From assembly GCA_004764695.1 (NCBI GenBank), contig SMSO01000032.1, positions 1,736,001-1,800,000 on the forward strand: 64,000 bases of DNA. Direction: 5' to 3'. The notes under the pieces were generated by a model, which was given only the letters and a program-made list of their open reading frames with translations, was not told the origin of the DNA and ran no database searches. Made by a program: the position numbers and the translations under genes. This DNA is from Schizochytrium sp. TIO01 (Eukaryota > Protista > Bigyra: Labyrinthulomycetes). Below, one piece after another: positions 12,761 to 25,384 of this stretch; position 1 is the stretch's first letter; each line of letters opens with the position of its first letter.

Positions 12761-15413
12761 ATGCAAGCTTCTCTCTTTTGCAAAGTAACCATAGGCAACA
12801 ATCCCAGGGGTGTTGATGTTTTACCATGGATTTCAACTGGCGAAGGAGAAATAAGCGTGGATGTCCTAAAACAGACAGCTTCAGAAGAGAACGAGGATGA
12901 GAAACCCTCATTTCTTATTGCAGCTGCTTGTCACGAAAACACTTGCCAGATTTTGGCCATTGATAGACATGTCCAAACGATTATCGCTAATCTTCGACTT
13001 GGCAAAAAATTAAAAGCCCAGTTTTGTCAATTTTCTCTTGCAAGGAAGCTAATAGCGGTTGCTGCAAGTAATCGCTCAATCACGTTATGGGATTGGCAGA
13101 GCCAGACACGCATTGCAGAACTCCTTGGTCATCAGGATGATATTATTGGCTGCAAATTTTATCCGTTTCAAAACCAAGGGGAAATTCTCGCGTCTTTTGG
13201 TGTTGACGGCAAAGTTATTATCTGGAGCGTTCCAGAAGGAAGATTACTGTGCTATTTACAGCACTCGTGCACAGTGAGAGATGTTTCTTTTACTCATTGT
13301 CAAGATTCTGCTTCCATTCGTGTTGTGGTTGGCCTAATTGATGCATTTGTTCAAGTATGGAACGTTCGACTTGGTCACAATGACGTGCATGAAACTACGT
13401 CTATCTGCAAATTTAAAGCTTTTCGAAGTCGCTTAAATAGCATTGCTGTCTCTCCTAGTGGACATCGTCTTTGTATTAGTTCTGTAGATGGAGCATTTTC
13501 GGTATGGAATGGACTTCCACTTAAATTGGCACAGGCAAAGTGGGCGGGATTCGAGGTTGATTCATCACAGAGTGAACCAATCTATGTCGGTATGCCCGAT
13601 GATTGTCTCCATGTAGCTGATGGTGGTGCAAGCGCTCTTGAGGAGTGCCAAAGGGAATTTGAAGCAGCCCTTTATGAGTATCGCTATGACAGCAGAGAAA
13701 CCATAAGTGAAGATGAAACACTATCTTCGAATGACAGCAGTAAGAGTGCAAATCAGACGTTATCAAATTCGATGTTAAACCCAAAGCCATGGTCTTCCTC
13801 AAAATCTGTTGATAGTAACCAAATAAACTGGTTAGACCTAAAGTTGCGATTTTCTTTGCAAAGTGTCAATCTCAACATGTGTTTTGGAAAGTTGTCCAGA
13901 AAATATCAGATCCCAATAATGCCGCGTATGAAAATGAAGGGCAAGAGGAGTTTGAATTAAGAGACACAGCTGTGTTGTTTACAACCTCAGAAGATATGTG
14001 TCTTCGAGCTTGGTGCGTTGAAACTGGCAAGCGTCTATTTCAGACCAAATTGTCTGCGCCGCTGCAAAACCTCCAAGTAGTGCAAGGTCCTACCACTCCT
14101 AATGGTATGTCTACGCACTATGTTTTTGGCACATGTTTTCATGACTTGATGTGCTTTCAGGTACGAGGCCTGGTAGAACTTCAAGCTCTTGGAGAGTTTG
14201 TCTCAAGTATTAATCAAGCCACATGTGAGTCATTCTGGGCACATGCAGAACGGCGGGCTGCTTTGCAACGAGCACTTGAAATAGTCGGCCTTTCCGGAAC
14301 TGAAGGGGAACGTGACAAATTAGCTCAGTTGATGGCTTTACAGAAAGATATCGACTCTGCCTTGACTCATCGCACAGCTCCTCGGCGCGTAGTCCATGGT
14401 TCTGATGCGAAACCGTTCCTTAAAACTCTAATTGGTCGTATTCAGCAACGTACTGGCGAGGATCTGTATGCCCGTATCTTTAGTGAATTGCGCTCCATTG
14501 GACTTGATGAGGAGAGGCTCTGTAAGTCGTTAGTATGTTGTCCATTCGATTCCGAAAAGGTTCTTGATGTATTTGTAGCACCACCCAGCTCGTTCTACCA
14601 AAGGACTAAATTATCCAAGGAACGATTTATTGATGCCTTGAAAGGTTCGGGTGAACCCTTAACCCCATTTCTAGAAGCGTATGGTTTGCAAGCTTTGCCA
14701 CTGCACCAACGAAATTCATGGGGCGGAGACGCAACTCTTGATATGTTTTTGGAACCTCGGCCATTCTTTTATGCATGCGTGGAAAAAAGCAGTAGCCTCT
14801 CTGACCAAGAAGAAGTCGCTTCTGACTTTCCTTTAATTGTACCATTTTACGCATTAAGCAGGCTGGGTGACAACACGCAGAATACTCGACAAAAAACAGT
14901 TCTGTCTAGAGGGCTCCCTCGTGAAGCAGAGCCAGTTTATGCCGCAATGACTGCACATAAGAAAGAGTTTATGTTACAAGGTGAAATGGCTGACCTATCA
15001 GCGCTCGAGGTATCTTCCCCTAAATCCCCAAGTCCCTATGTTTCTGATGTTGGCTTTCCTTCAACAACAGAGGTCCGCCTATCACAAGATCATTCGCCTC
15101 AACATTGTCCAGCGAATTTTGGGGGACGCAATGAAAAAGAGCTTTTCATGCGACAACATTTCAAAGTCACTCTTCTTATTCCGCCTATGTCAAGGAGCTT
15201 TCGGCATACTCAGGACAACAGTCACCGCAGGGAAAGTTTGAGCTTTGTAACCTTGGTTCAACTGCTCCAATGGGGGTGCCAAGTATTTTAAGTGGTGGTC
15301 TTCTTTCCCAACAGCATACAAACTACTCCCCCACGCCTCCGCCCGGGCTTCTTGACAAACCCTTATCCCCAGTACGAAAGCAAAGTCCTCGTCTTCGAAA
15401 CATTAAATCATGA
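12761..15413 (+). CDS. WD40-repeat protein with helical/disordered C-terminal half; two apparent frame breaks (~13820, ~15145)
   Basis: WD repeats SNRSITLWDW, LLGHQDDI..GVDGKVIIWS, SVDGAFSVWN in 12761-13960; a further repeat TTSEDMCLRAWC in ORF 13879-15291; a third frame 15147-15413 reads HATTFQSHSSY...PRLRNIKS*. Confidence 0.8.
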
Positions 15414-15977
15414 TGAACCTAGCTATACAGAATCATACCTATAACAACTCTCACATCTTTTTAATTTATTAAAAAAAAAGAAGAATGAAAATGAACTTCA
15501 AAGTACTGGTGCAGCATGCTGTTCTTCCTTTGCGTGCTGATGTAATTATAGTAGCCTGTTGAAGTCGTTTGCCTGACGGACGCTACATTTTAGTCTTATA
15601 TTACTTTGATGCACAAATTCAATTGCCAATATTAATCACAAACAAATCCTCAAAACGATACAATTCTCATCGCATCGATAGTTCTAATCCACATATATCA
15701 CACAACCCCGTGGTAAAGGTTCATATTATTCATGCGCCAAAGAAACGAGCGATTCCCGGAACTCTTCCTTACAGGAGACAGAACATCTTCATCGCACAAA
15801 TTTGACATTACTTGGCTATGCTATAGTTACTAATTAGTTACTAACAATGAATCCTGAACATGCACTTCAGACCATCAAGCAGTGACCACTAAGCTAAAGT
15901 CAAACACGTAATCTTTGGGGAAACCTAGGGTCCGAGTGAAGACGCTTACTTATTCAGAGGTGCGTTTTGTACTTGGG

Positions 15978-16607
15978 ATGGTATTCCAGTTGGGGAGATT
16001 TGCAGGTTTGCACAGATGGCTTAGGCCCGAGCCCAGGTCATTCGAACTTTACCACTGGCAGGCGAAAACCACTTCCTCGGCACATTCCTGGAGAGGACTC
16101 GCGACGTCTTCTCAGGGTAAGCCAGAATCAGGAAAGGCGCCTGGACATAGTCGCTTTAAAGCTCCTAAAGTCCATGGAGGAGTCGTCACTCGTGATTCAA
16201 GGGCAGGTGGGGGCGATGAATTATGGACGGGGGAGTTTTGTTGCTTATTTTATGGTTATCGTACGCGCTGTCTTGCTTGTCCGCTACCTAAGGCCGTCCA
16301 AGACCTCTTTGAGGATGGAACTTTAAATGCTAGCCGGTTCCGAGCATTCGGGAAAAGAGATAAATGGCAAGACTATAAAAAACGTGAGTTTGGTGCTCAC
16401 GATCATTCACGTGCAAATTACGAACATTGTCTTGATGCATTAGGATTTTCTGAAAAGAGGCCAAAAACATTGCGAGATATAAAAACTGCTTTCCGAAAGA
16501 AAGCAAAAGAGCTTCACCCAGACGTTGGTGGAGATGATGTGTCATTTCGTGAAATTGTAAATGCCTACGAGACTGCTAAAGCCCTCTTTCCAATTCACAA
16601 GTCTTAA
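15978..16607 (+). CDS. J-domain (DnaJ class C) protein with C-terminal J domain and possible mitochondrial presequence
   Basis: LDALG...DIKTAFRKKAKELHPDVGG...FREIVNAYE (HPD motif). First in-frame ATG at 15978 gives an Arg-rich, acid-poor N-terminus. Confidence 0.88.
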   Translation: MVFQLGRFAGLHRWLRPEPRSFELYHWQAKTTSSAHSWRGLATSSQGKPESGKAPGHSRFKAPKVHGGVVTRDSRAGGGDELWTGEFCCLFYGYRTRCLACPLPKAVQDLFEDGTLNASRFRAFGKRDKWQDYKKREFGAHDHSRANYEHCLDALGFSEKRPKTLRDIKTAFRKKAKELHPDVGGDDVSFREIVNAYETAKALFPIHKS

Positions 16608-17235
16608 ATTTTAGTAAAGTTCTCGAGCAGCATTGGGATGGATTGAGTTAGTTTAAAAGTGTTGAAGAGCGGCCAAATAGTGACTGCACGCATCGGATAT
16701 TTACATGCACTCTCTCATTATCGAAGGAAATATATCTGCAGTAAACTTGAAGGAGTCTTGCTGAGGTATGATATTATGAGAAGTATGATATTATGAGCTA
16801 TGCGCCTTAAGTTGTGGAACTTTGCTAAAAGTAATCGCAACCAAATTCTTTGGTGCCTCACGACTCCTTGAGAGAGTGATTTTCCCTTCCTTATCGCCCA
16901 GTCTATGATTTGTATGCTTTTTACTTGAAAGTTTGCCTCAAGAGCAACGATATATTATTATTTGAAAGGTGCACTTGCATACTTTATGGTGAGAGTATTC
17001 AAGAAGAACATCCTTTTGTGAAAATCCAAACACATCTTTGGGCAGATTGTTTGGTTTGGGCATTTTTTTAATATAGTTTGAGAATAGAAGAAACGCGCTC
17101 ATAGAAACGCCATAGGCCTATTACGTGCGTCGACTACACGAGGCGGGTTAATCTCTAAGTGGATATGAAGGGTTTGAAGCTGATTGTTTAATTTTTAAAA
17201 ACAAATAAAGAAAGAAAAAAAGTAGAAAGAAATTA

Positions 17236-19504
17236 TCACATAATGTCTAGGTAGTGTTGCTGAAGTTCTTTCTCGCGCGCCTCTACTTGTTCAACACGGT
17301 CTGACCAATCTTGAAGACGTATGGGGATCGCGCTGAGTTCTTCGCTCTGCATGTACATAAATGTGGATTTATTACGCATTGCAGATTCAAGTTGGGTTTG
17401 AGCCTCTTCGAACTCGGCAATGGCTTTCTCAGCACGCTGCTGCAGACCCCACACTATTTTGCAAACCTTATCCTCAAGCTTTTTGCGCTGTCGGGTAACA
17501 TCTTCGATCCGAGAAGACAGAGTATGAAACGCGAATGCTCGAGCATTTGCGGAATGACCTGAATTAGATTGCTCAAGCATAAACGGCCCGTCTGCGATGA
17601 CTTTGGTCTTGTTTTTGCGGACCTTTGCCTCAACATTCGATGGAGCAATATGTGCAGCCGCATGCGCAGCTTCGAGAAGCTTACCAAATTTTTCGAGATT
17701 TGGGTTTCTATATTCGTCTCCAAACATCTTCCCAGCCTCCTCGCGGAGAAGGGCAAAAGCATCGTTAATATTGCTTGGTCGATTACGTTCCCGATCCCGT
17801 GCATCATCCTTCTATTACATTTCGCAGCTCTTGAGTCCATATTTCAGATATTGTAGCGTCACTGTAATTGACTGTCAGATTTGTTGGCACTTCAGTGGGG
17901 ATAGGAAGGCCACGTTTAGACACCTCGGTGCGATTTAGCAAACGATGCTTTTCAACAGCCGCCTTGCGTTCTTGCTCAAGCTTTTCAAGTTCGCGGGCAT
18001 CACGTGGTTGTTCGTCTTTCACATCCAAATCTTCACTTGGAGCCTTTGAGACAAAGTTTCCTTCATACTGGTAATACTTTGGTGCGGGCAAGCTCTTGAG
18101 TCCTGCAAGGAGACCTGCTTTCCTAGACTTTTCCTGAGCCTTGGCTTCACGACGAGAAATTAAAGCCTCCGATGCCGGCTCGGCCTCCTCTTTGTTGATA
18201 CCAAGGTGGTCTCGTACCCCTAGTTCTGCGCTAGCAAGAGCGGTGGCAGTGGTGACGGACTGCGCCAGGCGTACACTTGGAGTTACTGCACTTCCTGTAA
18301 AACCTGTACCTTCGGTCGTGGCTACTGCTTGGCCTCCAACCAAGGGAGTCTGTGCCTTCGTGCGGGCCACCTGATTACGAGCCTCTTCCTTGACCAAGTC
18401 TGGAGCGACAGGAGTTCTAATCATGTCCCTGCGTGCAGCAGATTGCGCTGAATAATCATTAGCTAGATGCTGGGTTGCTGCACCGCTTGACGATGAAGAT
18501 GATCGGTTAGACCGTTGGCGCTTTCGGCCAATTTTAGAAATAATTTCCATATCTTGATCAGACACTTGAGGTTCAGGTAGCTGGAGAGGAATCCTTTTGG
18601 CACGAACAGAGTTTTCAAGATCACCATTGCGCTCATCAATGATTTTGAGAGCCTGCTCAAGATTATCTTGAGCGAGCTTGTCAAACTTTTCGCGATCACG
18701 TTTGAGAGCTGCCTCAGTTGCTTTGCGGCGTTTGTTTGGATCGTCATTTGCAACTTCCAGAAGACGTTTACGGCTTTCCACACTCGATGCCCTTGAGATG
18801 CCCTCTTCAATTTCCTGTTCAGTAGAGTAAAATCCGGTTGGAACAAACCGCTGGAACGGGATCTCTGCTGCATAGTCGAGAGCACCCTTTTCTCGACGAT
18901 CAAGCAGCATGCGATGTGAGCTCATTCCAGCGGCCTTAAGCTCGCGATACTTTTGCAACTTGGCCATGCGACGCGCATTTTCAAGCAACTTTTCACGTGC
19001 TTTACGTTTGGCTTTCTTACCATTCACGTTTGCAAGACGGGCTTTGGCTTCGCTAAGCATTTCCTTTTCGTCATCGTCCATGTCCACAGGATCAGGCCGG
19101 GCAGGTTTATCTTCGGGGTTCGTATCAAGGCGGTCAAGTTTATTGCGTCTGCCCTTCTCTTGATCTTCTTCGCCACCATCCCTACCTGCAGAGTCCAAAA
19201 GCTGAGTGTATCGTTCAAGGCACTGCCCTGCAGTGCGTCCTACAAGTGGTGCAATTGTGCGCCACTGTGTAGGCATGAGCTTTGCATAGTGCAAAAGTTT
19301 TTCGTCTTCCTCGCGAGTCCATTGTGTTTTCTTGATCATGGGGTCGAGCCATTCATTCCATCGACGTTTGCATTGCTTCGCAGTTTTGCGCGGTAGCAAA
19401 GATGCAACACGTGGCCATTGGTTTTTTCCATATTTCATGATCGCGGCCTTGAGGATCTCATCTTCAGAGTTTTTCCACACGCCGCCCTTAACAAGAACCC
19501 TCAT
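17236..19504 (-). CDS. CDC5L: Pre-mRNA splicing factor CDC5L/Cef1 (Myb repeats); frame break at ~17808
   Basis: KGGVWKNSEDEILKAAIMKYGKNQW, KQCKRRWNEWLDP, KPARPDPVDMDDDEKEMLSEAKARLAN, DYAAEIPF. The coiled-coil C-terminus continues in the +1 frame (DDARDRERNRP...MFGDEY) to the stop at 17236. Confidence 0.95.
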
Positions 19505-20722
19505 GATATCCTATTTAATTAATATACTCTGCAAAGACCTCTACCACACCGTTCTCTATGTTCCTCCTCTTCTGCGAAGAGTAAATGTCCAGATTTGAAG
19601 TTGTGTTTCCACCTGGAACAGCGATCCCTAGGAGAGTGATTTTCTTTGTTCAAGCTCCAAAGGAAAAATCAACCAGGTGAACTGCTTCAAGAGGTCGCCG
19701 CTCTTACAAGCGTGGCGCTTTGGTCAGTACAGAGTACAGGTAACGTCTTCGTTCTGATTCAAAGACGAGGTTGACCAGAGCTGTTTATGACACGTTATCG
19801 AGCAACGTTGAACGAGAAAGATGGCGAAGAAAGATGCCAGCCACTCGGAGGATGAAAGGCACGTAGCTAAGTCAACCTTGAAGGGAAGCTCTTCGCCAAA
19901 GCAGACTCCCCGGAAAGAAAGATGAGGATGCCGTGCGCTCTTGAGATAAGAACCGCGTCAATTCGTTCCCAGAGAAGCGGGCAAGGCCTCTGCCTTTCCC
20001 CAAGGGCTGCGAGTATTCTTTGTTTGTTACTATATTTGATTAATCGATTCGTCTCATGTCGAATGATAATGCATTCCTGCACTTGTATAATAGTGGAAAA
20101 ACTAGCATTTAGTAGCAAGCGTGATTCCATTTACTTTTGTTGGTACATGTCCCGGAAACAGGGACTTACCTCACAGCCTGCCGAGAGCGCCTGCAGGAAA
20201 AATTGTCTGTGACTTAGTGACCATTCTGTCAGTGTTTTTTTTTGCCTTTCAAGTTTTAGAGGTAGCCATTCAAAAATTGTTCATATATGGCATCGGAAGA
20301 TCTTATATCGGGGCCCAATGTTAAGTTCGCTCCTGATCTTTATATTGGGATTTTCGAAGTTGGGAAACGACTCCACCTATGATTTAAAGATAAAGTTAGC
20401 TTTGTCATGCTTGAAGTATACATACGCTTCATGGTGATCGAGAGTGTAAGATGATTAAAAACCCAGCCGATATGGTTCAAGGTGCAAGAGTATATTTGTT
20501 TTTTGGCAGAAATATTGGTATATGTATATAGCAGAAAACTTAGGATATGTCAGGATGATTGAAACAATAACTTTCCGGCCTATTCTCTAAGAAGACGCCA
20601 AAGAATAGGTCTAAGGAGACAGCACCTCGCAATCCTTGAGGTGCTTGAAAAGGTATGTAGGAAACAAAATCAAAAAAGAAGGGGGTACAATAAACACATA
20701 GAAATACACGAAGCAAACTACA

Positions 20723-22324
20723 TCAGGCGTTGTCAAGCATCTGCAGCAAACGTTTCGATGTTGCTTCCACGTCTAAAGAGGGTTGAACTTCATCAACAAT
20801 ATGCGAGAGACGGCTATTCTCATCGTAGGCACTAGTAGCATGTTCAAAGAGATCATTTTCAATCTCTGTCATGCGCTTAAGTACAGCAGCTTGGAGATTT
20901 AAGCGCTCAACATCTAGGGAATGTAAAGATTTAAGAGCAGTTTTCATGCGATTAGCATGACGAGACTCCTCCTTTCGAAGTGTATTCTGTGTTTGAACCA
21001 GCATTGAGCGGATCGCATCAATGTCCCCAGAAATCACTTCCGGAGTGCGAGCCACACTCTGTCGACCAGAACGACCCAATCGGGTAAGACCAGTGGATGG
21101 CATGAGATTAACGGTGTTATCATACTCAACCTGAAGCTCGCGAATAGTCTGCTTCATGTCATACACACCCTTGTAAAGGCGCTCGAAGTTTGAAGCTGTA
21201 CCGTGATGATATTTAACGACGCTATCAAGTTCCGAATGAATTCTTTCAATCATGTCTTCAATGGGTTGCAATACTTCTTTACGATAGGTGTCGACATAAT
21301 TGACAACAAGCTCATAGCGCTTGTCAAATGATTTATAAACAAGCATTACCATTCGGGCAGTAGTACGCTGCTCACTAACTGCTACATCTTGAGATTTATG
21401 GCTATGGGAATCATAAAGCTCAATTTCGGCTTCTGACATGCGAATGCTAACCTGTAAATGGTCATGCATCCGTTGCATATCAATGAGCACCGGGCCGTAG
21501 TGCGCGACAAGCGCGTTATATGCATGGAGACCGTAAAGGTCCCACAGGTTACTGTATTCTGCTGCAGATTGCATCAAGAGATTACGTCGAGTTTGGGGAT
21601 TTGTAGTAGGTTGTTTAGTCGGGTGAAAGGAGAGCGCTCCTTCTGTGATTTCCTCCTCTGTGATTTCGTGAACGGGTTCTCCCAGCATCGCCGAGGCTTG
21701 GTTCTTGCTTTGTAAAGCGCGACGTAGAGTCTCCTGGTACTTCGCAAGATCTTCTGAAGAGATCATAATCGAGAGGCGTGTAAGTGGGTTGAGGGCTGCA
21801 CTTACATCTTCAGATGGCGCTAACTCCCAAGCTCGCAGCGCATCGATGGCAAACTGCAGGGCGTGAATCCACTTACCTGCCGTAACACGTGCCAATGCGC
21901 TGGAAGGGTCACCATTGGACTTGTCTGGGCGAAGATAATATGTTCGGCCAAGCGTCACCAAACAAATTGTTGAATGGCCGTACAATTCTACTCGCATGTG
22001 TACATTTAGTTGAATGTTGCCCTTCGATGGAGCCTCTGGATCTCTTTGAGTAGCGAAGTATCGGAGCTCTGCACGAGGACCCTTGCCATTTTCTGGTGCC
22101 CGTGTCACAAGAGCAAAGTAGCGCTTCTTCTCGCCGGAACCTTTGCGCAGAAGCGTGGATCTGCGAGGGATTAGGCTCGCAGCACGAGAGCGGACTTTGG
22201 TCTTTCCTGTACCAGCGCTGCTGCTGCCGTCAAGGTGTTCGCTGTTTTCCAATTTAAAGCCTGCTCCACGTTTCATGAGGTACCCCTCCATCTGAATGAC
22301 CCACACATCCTCTGAGAGCACCAT
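20723..22324 (-). CDS. N-terminal PH domain + C-terminal F-BAR-like helical domain protein
   Basis: PH: MEGYLMKRG, KKRYFAL, LRYF, KGNIQL, RTYYLR, KWIHAL. Helical C-half with LWD..G..YNAL start and LHSLDVERL end resembling F-BAR. Confidence 0.8.
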   Translation of the reverse strand: MVLSEDVWVIQMEGYLMKRGAGFKLENSEHLDGSSSAGTGKTKVRSRAASLIPRRSTLLRKGSGEKKRYFALVTRAPENGKGPRAELRYFATQRDPEAPSKGNIQLNVHMRVELYGHSTICLVTLGRTYYLRPDKSNGDPSSALARVTAGKWIHALQFAIDALRAWELAPSEDVSAALNPLTRLSIMISSEDLAKYQETLRRALQSKNQASAMLGEPVHEITEEEITEGALSFHPTKQPTTNPQTRRNLLMQSAAEYSNLWDLYGLHAYNALVAHYGPVLIDMQRMHDHLQVSIRMSEAEIELYDSHSHKSQDVAVSEQRTTARMVMLVYKSFDKRYELVVNYVDTYRKEVLQPIEDMIERIHSELDSVVKYHHGTASNFERLYKGVYDMKQTIRELQVEYDNTVNLMPSTGLTRLGRSGRQSVARTPEVISGDIDAIRSMLVQTQNTLRKEESRHANRMKTALKSLHSLDVERLNLQAAVLKRMTEIENDLFEHATSAYDENSRLSHIVDEVQPSLDVEATSKRLLQMLDNA

Positions 22325-23953
22325 GACTGCGCGACGAGTTTTAGCTGCTCTGCCGTCGTCGTTTTGGCTGCTGCTTTTTTTTTGACGTGTCCAGACTTAC
22401 TCACGCACGTGCAAAATGTGATGAATTGCTGATTAGCTTCGAGCTGCTTCAGACAATCCCAGTCAAACAATACTCCGTCCAAGAACGAGGCAAGTAAGCA
22501 AACAAGCAAGCAGACCGTCTGCTATGAAAAATGGTATAGATTGAGCTCTGATATGAGAATTGGATTGGAACTCAATCGCGGTATGTTTCCAAGGATGATG
22601 ACTTTGTGTTGATAGATTGATTGATTGCTCGATCGATTGAGTAAAATGCGTGTGCACGCGCCCCCAGCTCTCTCTCTCTCTCTTTTCTCTCTCTCTCTTT
22701 TCCTTACTTATCCTCTTTCTCTCTATATTTTTCACGGGAGTGGAAAATGAGGTGCTCAACAGGACTTGCCTGGTGGATCGTCTCGTACTGTGATGCAACT
22801 GGTGTCGTATAGCGTTTGTGCCGGTGATCGTGATTGGTTTGAGGATCAGGTAACCTCTGTGATGCAGGAGAAAGGGGTCCTTGGTTGCTTGATGCACGTG
22901 GTACGTACTAGTATTTACGTACCTACTAGTATTACCACACAAAGAAAATGAGAGACAGCAATTGAGCAAACGAGCAAACAGTTGCGAGCTAGGTAGTTTG
23001 ATTGATAAAAGAGGTACATCTTAAATCAAACACGTAGAATTAATGCCTAAAGCACCTACGGTATTCACTCACTGACGGCTTTACCAAAACAAACTTACTA
23101 GAGAGACCTTCGCTCTATCATCATCACTTCAATATCCGTGCCCTCGTTGTTCGGTATGAACTGCACCCCCAATCTGCTTTCAGTTAGGCCTATTTGCTAT
23201 GTGGGCACCGACTCATCAACCTTAGTCGATAGCAGCACATAAATTAGAGTGGAAGAAGGCGTGTAAAAGTAAAAGACTCCGAGGAACCTCGGGCGCTGCA
23301 CACGCCCACTATCGAGACCAGGTCGGCGCGCGCTCGAAACAGGAGCGTTTCGATTGAGCCGTAGACAACAAACAGATCATGGTCCAGCTTGAGAAAGTGG
23401 CTACCTACGTTGCTGCCACTGCCTCGACTCTTTGTTCGAGCTGCGAGTCGATTTTCTGGCCATACCAGGATCTGCTGCAAGTTTGGATCCTGCAGAAGGC
23501 AAACAAACAAAGCAAACCACGTTCAAAGCAAAGGCTCTGCCTGCTTGTAAAACCCGACACATGGCACACGAAAGAAGGCTGCGTGTGCTCCTTTGTCTTG
23601 AAAACAGCTCAGCCACTGGCCTTACCTCGAAACCGAGGCCGGGCTTGGGTGTCCCGAAGGCACTCTGATTCGTTCAGGCTTGGGTACTTGAGGAGGAAAC
23701 TCTTGCAGGCGCGTGCAAGTTAAACATGTGCTCCGATACCATATATAATATAATCTACGGGTGTGCACCAATATACGCGCTGTCTCTGACTCCGTGTTGC
23801 CGTGGAAGCAGTCCTGCCGAGACTAGCAGCTTAGGTGTAGCTGCATATTGGCATATTGCACGACCAGGCGAAGAATCGGCGATGGACCACCTTGGCCTTG
23901 GCCTTTACTTGGGCTGTGGCCATCGAGATGTTATCGCGACCACCTCTTCTAAT

Positions 23954-23954
23954 A

Positions 23955-23986
<32 letters not shown>

Positions 23987-24015
23987 GCATGAATGAATGA
24001 ATGAATGAAAGAATG
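23954..24015. repeat. Compound microsatellite (GCTT)n(GAAT)n
   Basis: Directly visible. Confidence 0.9.
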
Positions 24016-24631
24016 GATGCAGTTTATGACGTGATGTGGGTCCGCCGAGAAGGTGTGCACTAAGTGAGCAATCACCACGCTCGGATGCAAGGTTCCCGAT
24101 TTCCAAGGGTGCCACGCTTGATTCAGGCTGCTGCAAACTGCAGAACTTAGTCGAGGCAGCTCTGGGCAGTAGACCGTCATGCAGCAGACCGTGCCGCGTG
24201 CTGGCAGAGGTCTGAGTAGGCACCTGCTGCTGACTGGGTGTTGATAGTCCTATGCTTTTCCGAGTGCTTTTCCAGTGCTTTCTCTCTTCGTTATTTTTAG
24301 TATGAGAGTTATCAGAGCTCGAAAATGTTAACCATCCTTCGAAACGAAAGCACCGCCATGGGAATACTAAGCCGCTTTCAAAATGATACGACACCACAAG
24401 GTCTCCGAAATATGCCACTATTGTTTGGCAGCGTGGCGATCTCTCTGGTGCGAAGCCATTTAGCTGCGATATGTATTCTAAACTTATCGGTCGTGCCCCC
24501 GTCTTTCCTGTATCCTTGTTCTATTACACCAACAAAAAGAAGAAGAAGAAGACAATATGTTGGCACTGATGCATGCGCAAGTAAGCGGGGTAGTGCTACC
24601 TAGCTTTATTTCTCTATTTCCATTTGCTTAG

Positions 24632-24862
24632 TTATTCATTTATTCATTTATTCATTTATTCATTTATTCATTTATTCATTTATTTATTTATTCATTTATT
24701 CATTTATTCATTTATTCATTTATTCATTTATTCATTTATTCATTTATTCATTTATTCATTTATTCATTTATTCATTTATTCATTTATTCATTTATTCATT
24801 TATTCATTTATTCATTTATTCATTTATTCACTTATTCATTTATTCATTTATTCATTTATTCA
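24632..24862. repeat. Octamer tandem array (TTATTCAT)n, roughly 28 units
   Basis: Near-perfect 8-bp repeat; source of the spurious IHLFIYSF ORF. Confidence 0.97.
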
Positions 24863-25086
24863 CTGTTTTGTTATTACCCAAACTCTACTGAGAGTATGAG
24901 GATCGCTTTTATCAGCACCACTATTGCGGTCTGCCGTCGTTGGACCCAACGGCCATCCCAGAAGCGCTCAGTCAACAACTAACTGCCTTTCTTGGGACTG
25001 CGTTTCGGCCTCTGCAATGAACCCCAATCAGTCTTATCGCTGCTACAACCGCCCTCGGGCTCGTTGCTCTCGACCTCGTTGCTGTA

Positions 25087-25384
25087 GTATGTATGTATGC
25101 ATGTATGCATGTATGCATGTATGTATGTATGTATGCCACGCAACTGTTGATGTGTCTGTCTTGAACCAGCCTAAATCTAACGCTTTTCGACACACACAGA
25201 GGGAGAGAGAGACAGCCTAACGACCTGTGGATGCTAACCCGAAGTCCACTCCACGTCTGAGACTCGAGCAGAAAGAAACAAGCTCCAGCCAAGTCAGTTG
25301 ATTGGCATCCTTCCGCAGACAGGACTCGCGAGGGCTGTTTGTCGCCAGGAGGTCCAAGAGGTGTATGTATGTATGTATGTATGT
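25087..25384. repeat. Two (GTAT/GCAT)n microsatellites (~25087-25134, ~25363-25384)
   Basis: Directly visible. Confidence 0.85.

Noticed and set aside
19820-20330. Short plus-strand ORFs divergent from CDC5L
   Set aside because: No consistent frame or recognisable motif; a small spliced gene cannot be excluded without RNA data.
24624-24899. IHLFIYSF repeat ORF; possible CRISPR or telomere array
   Set aside because: Pure 8-bp tandem repeat without spacers, no G-rich telomeric strand, internal position.
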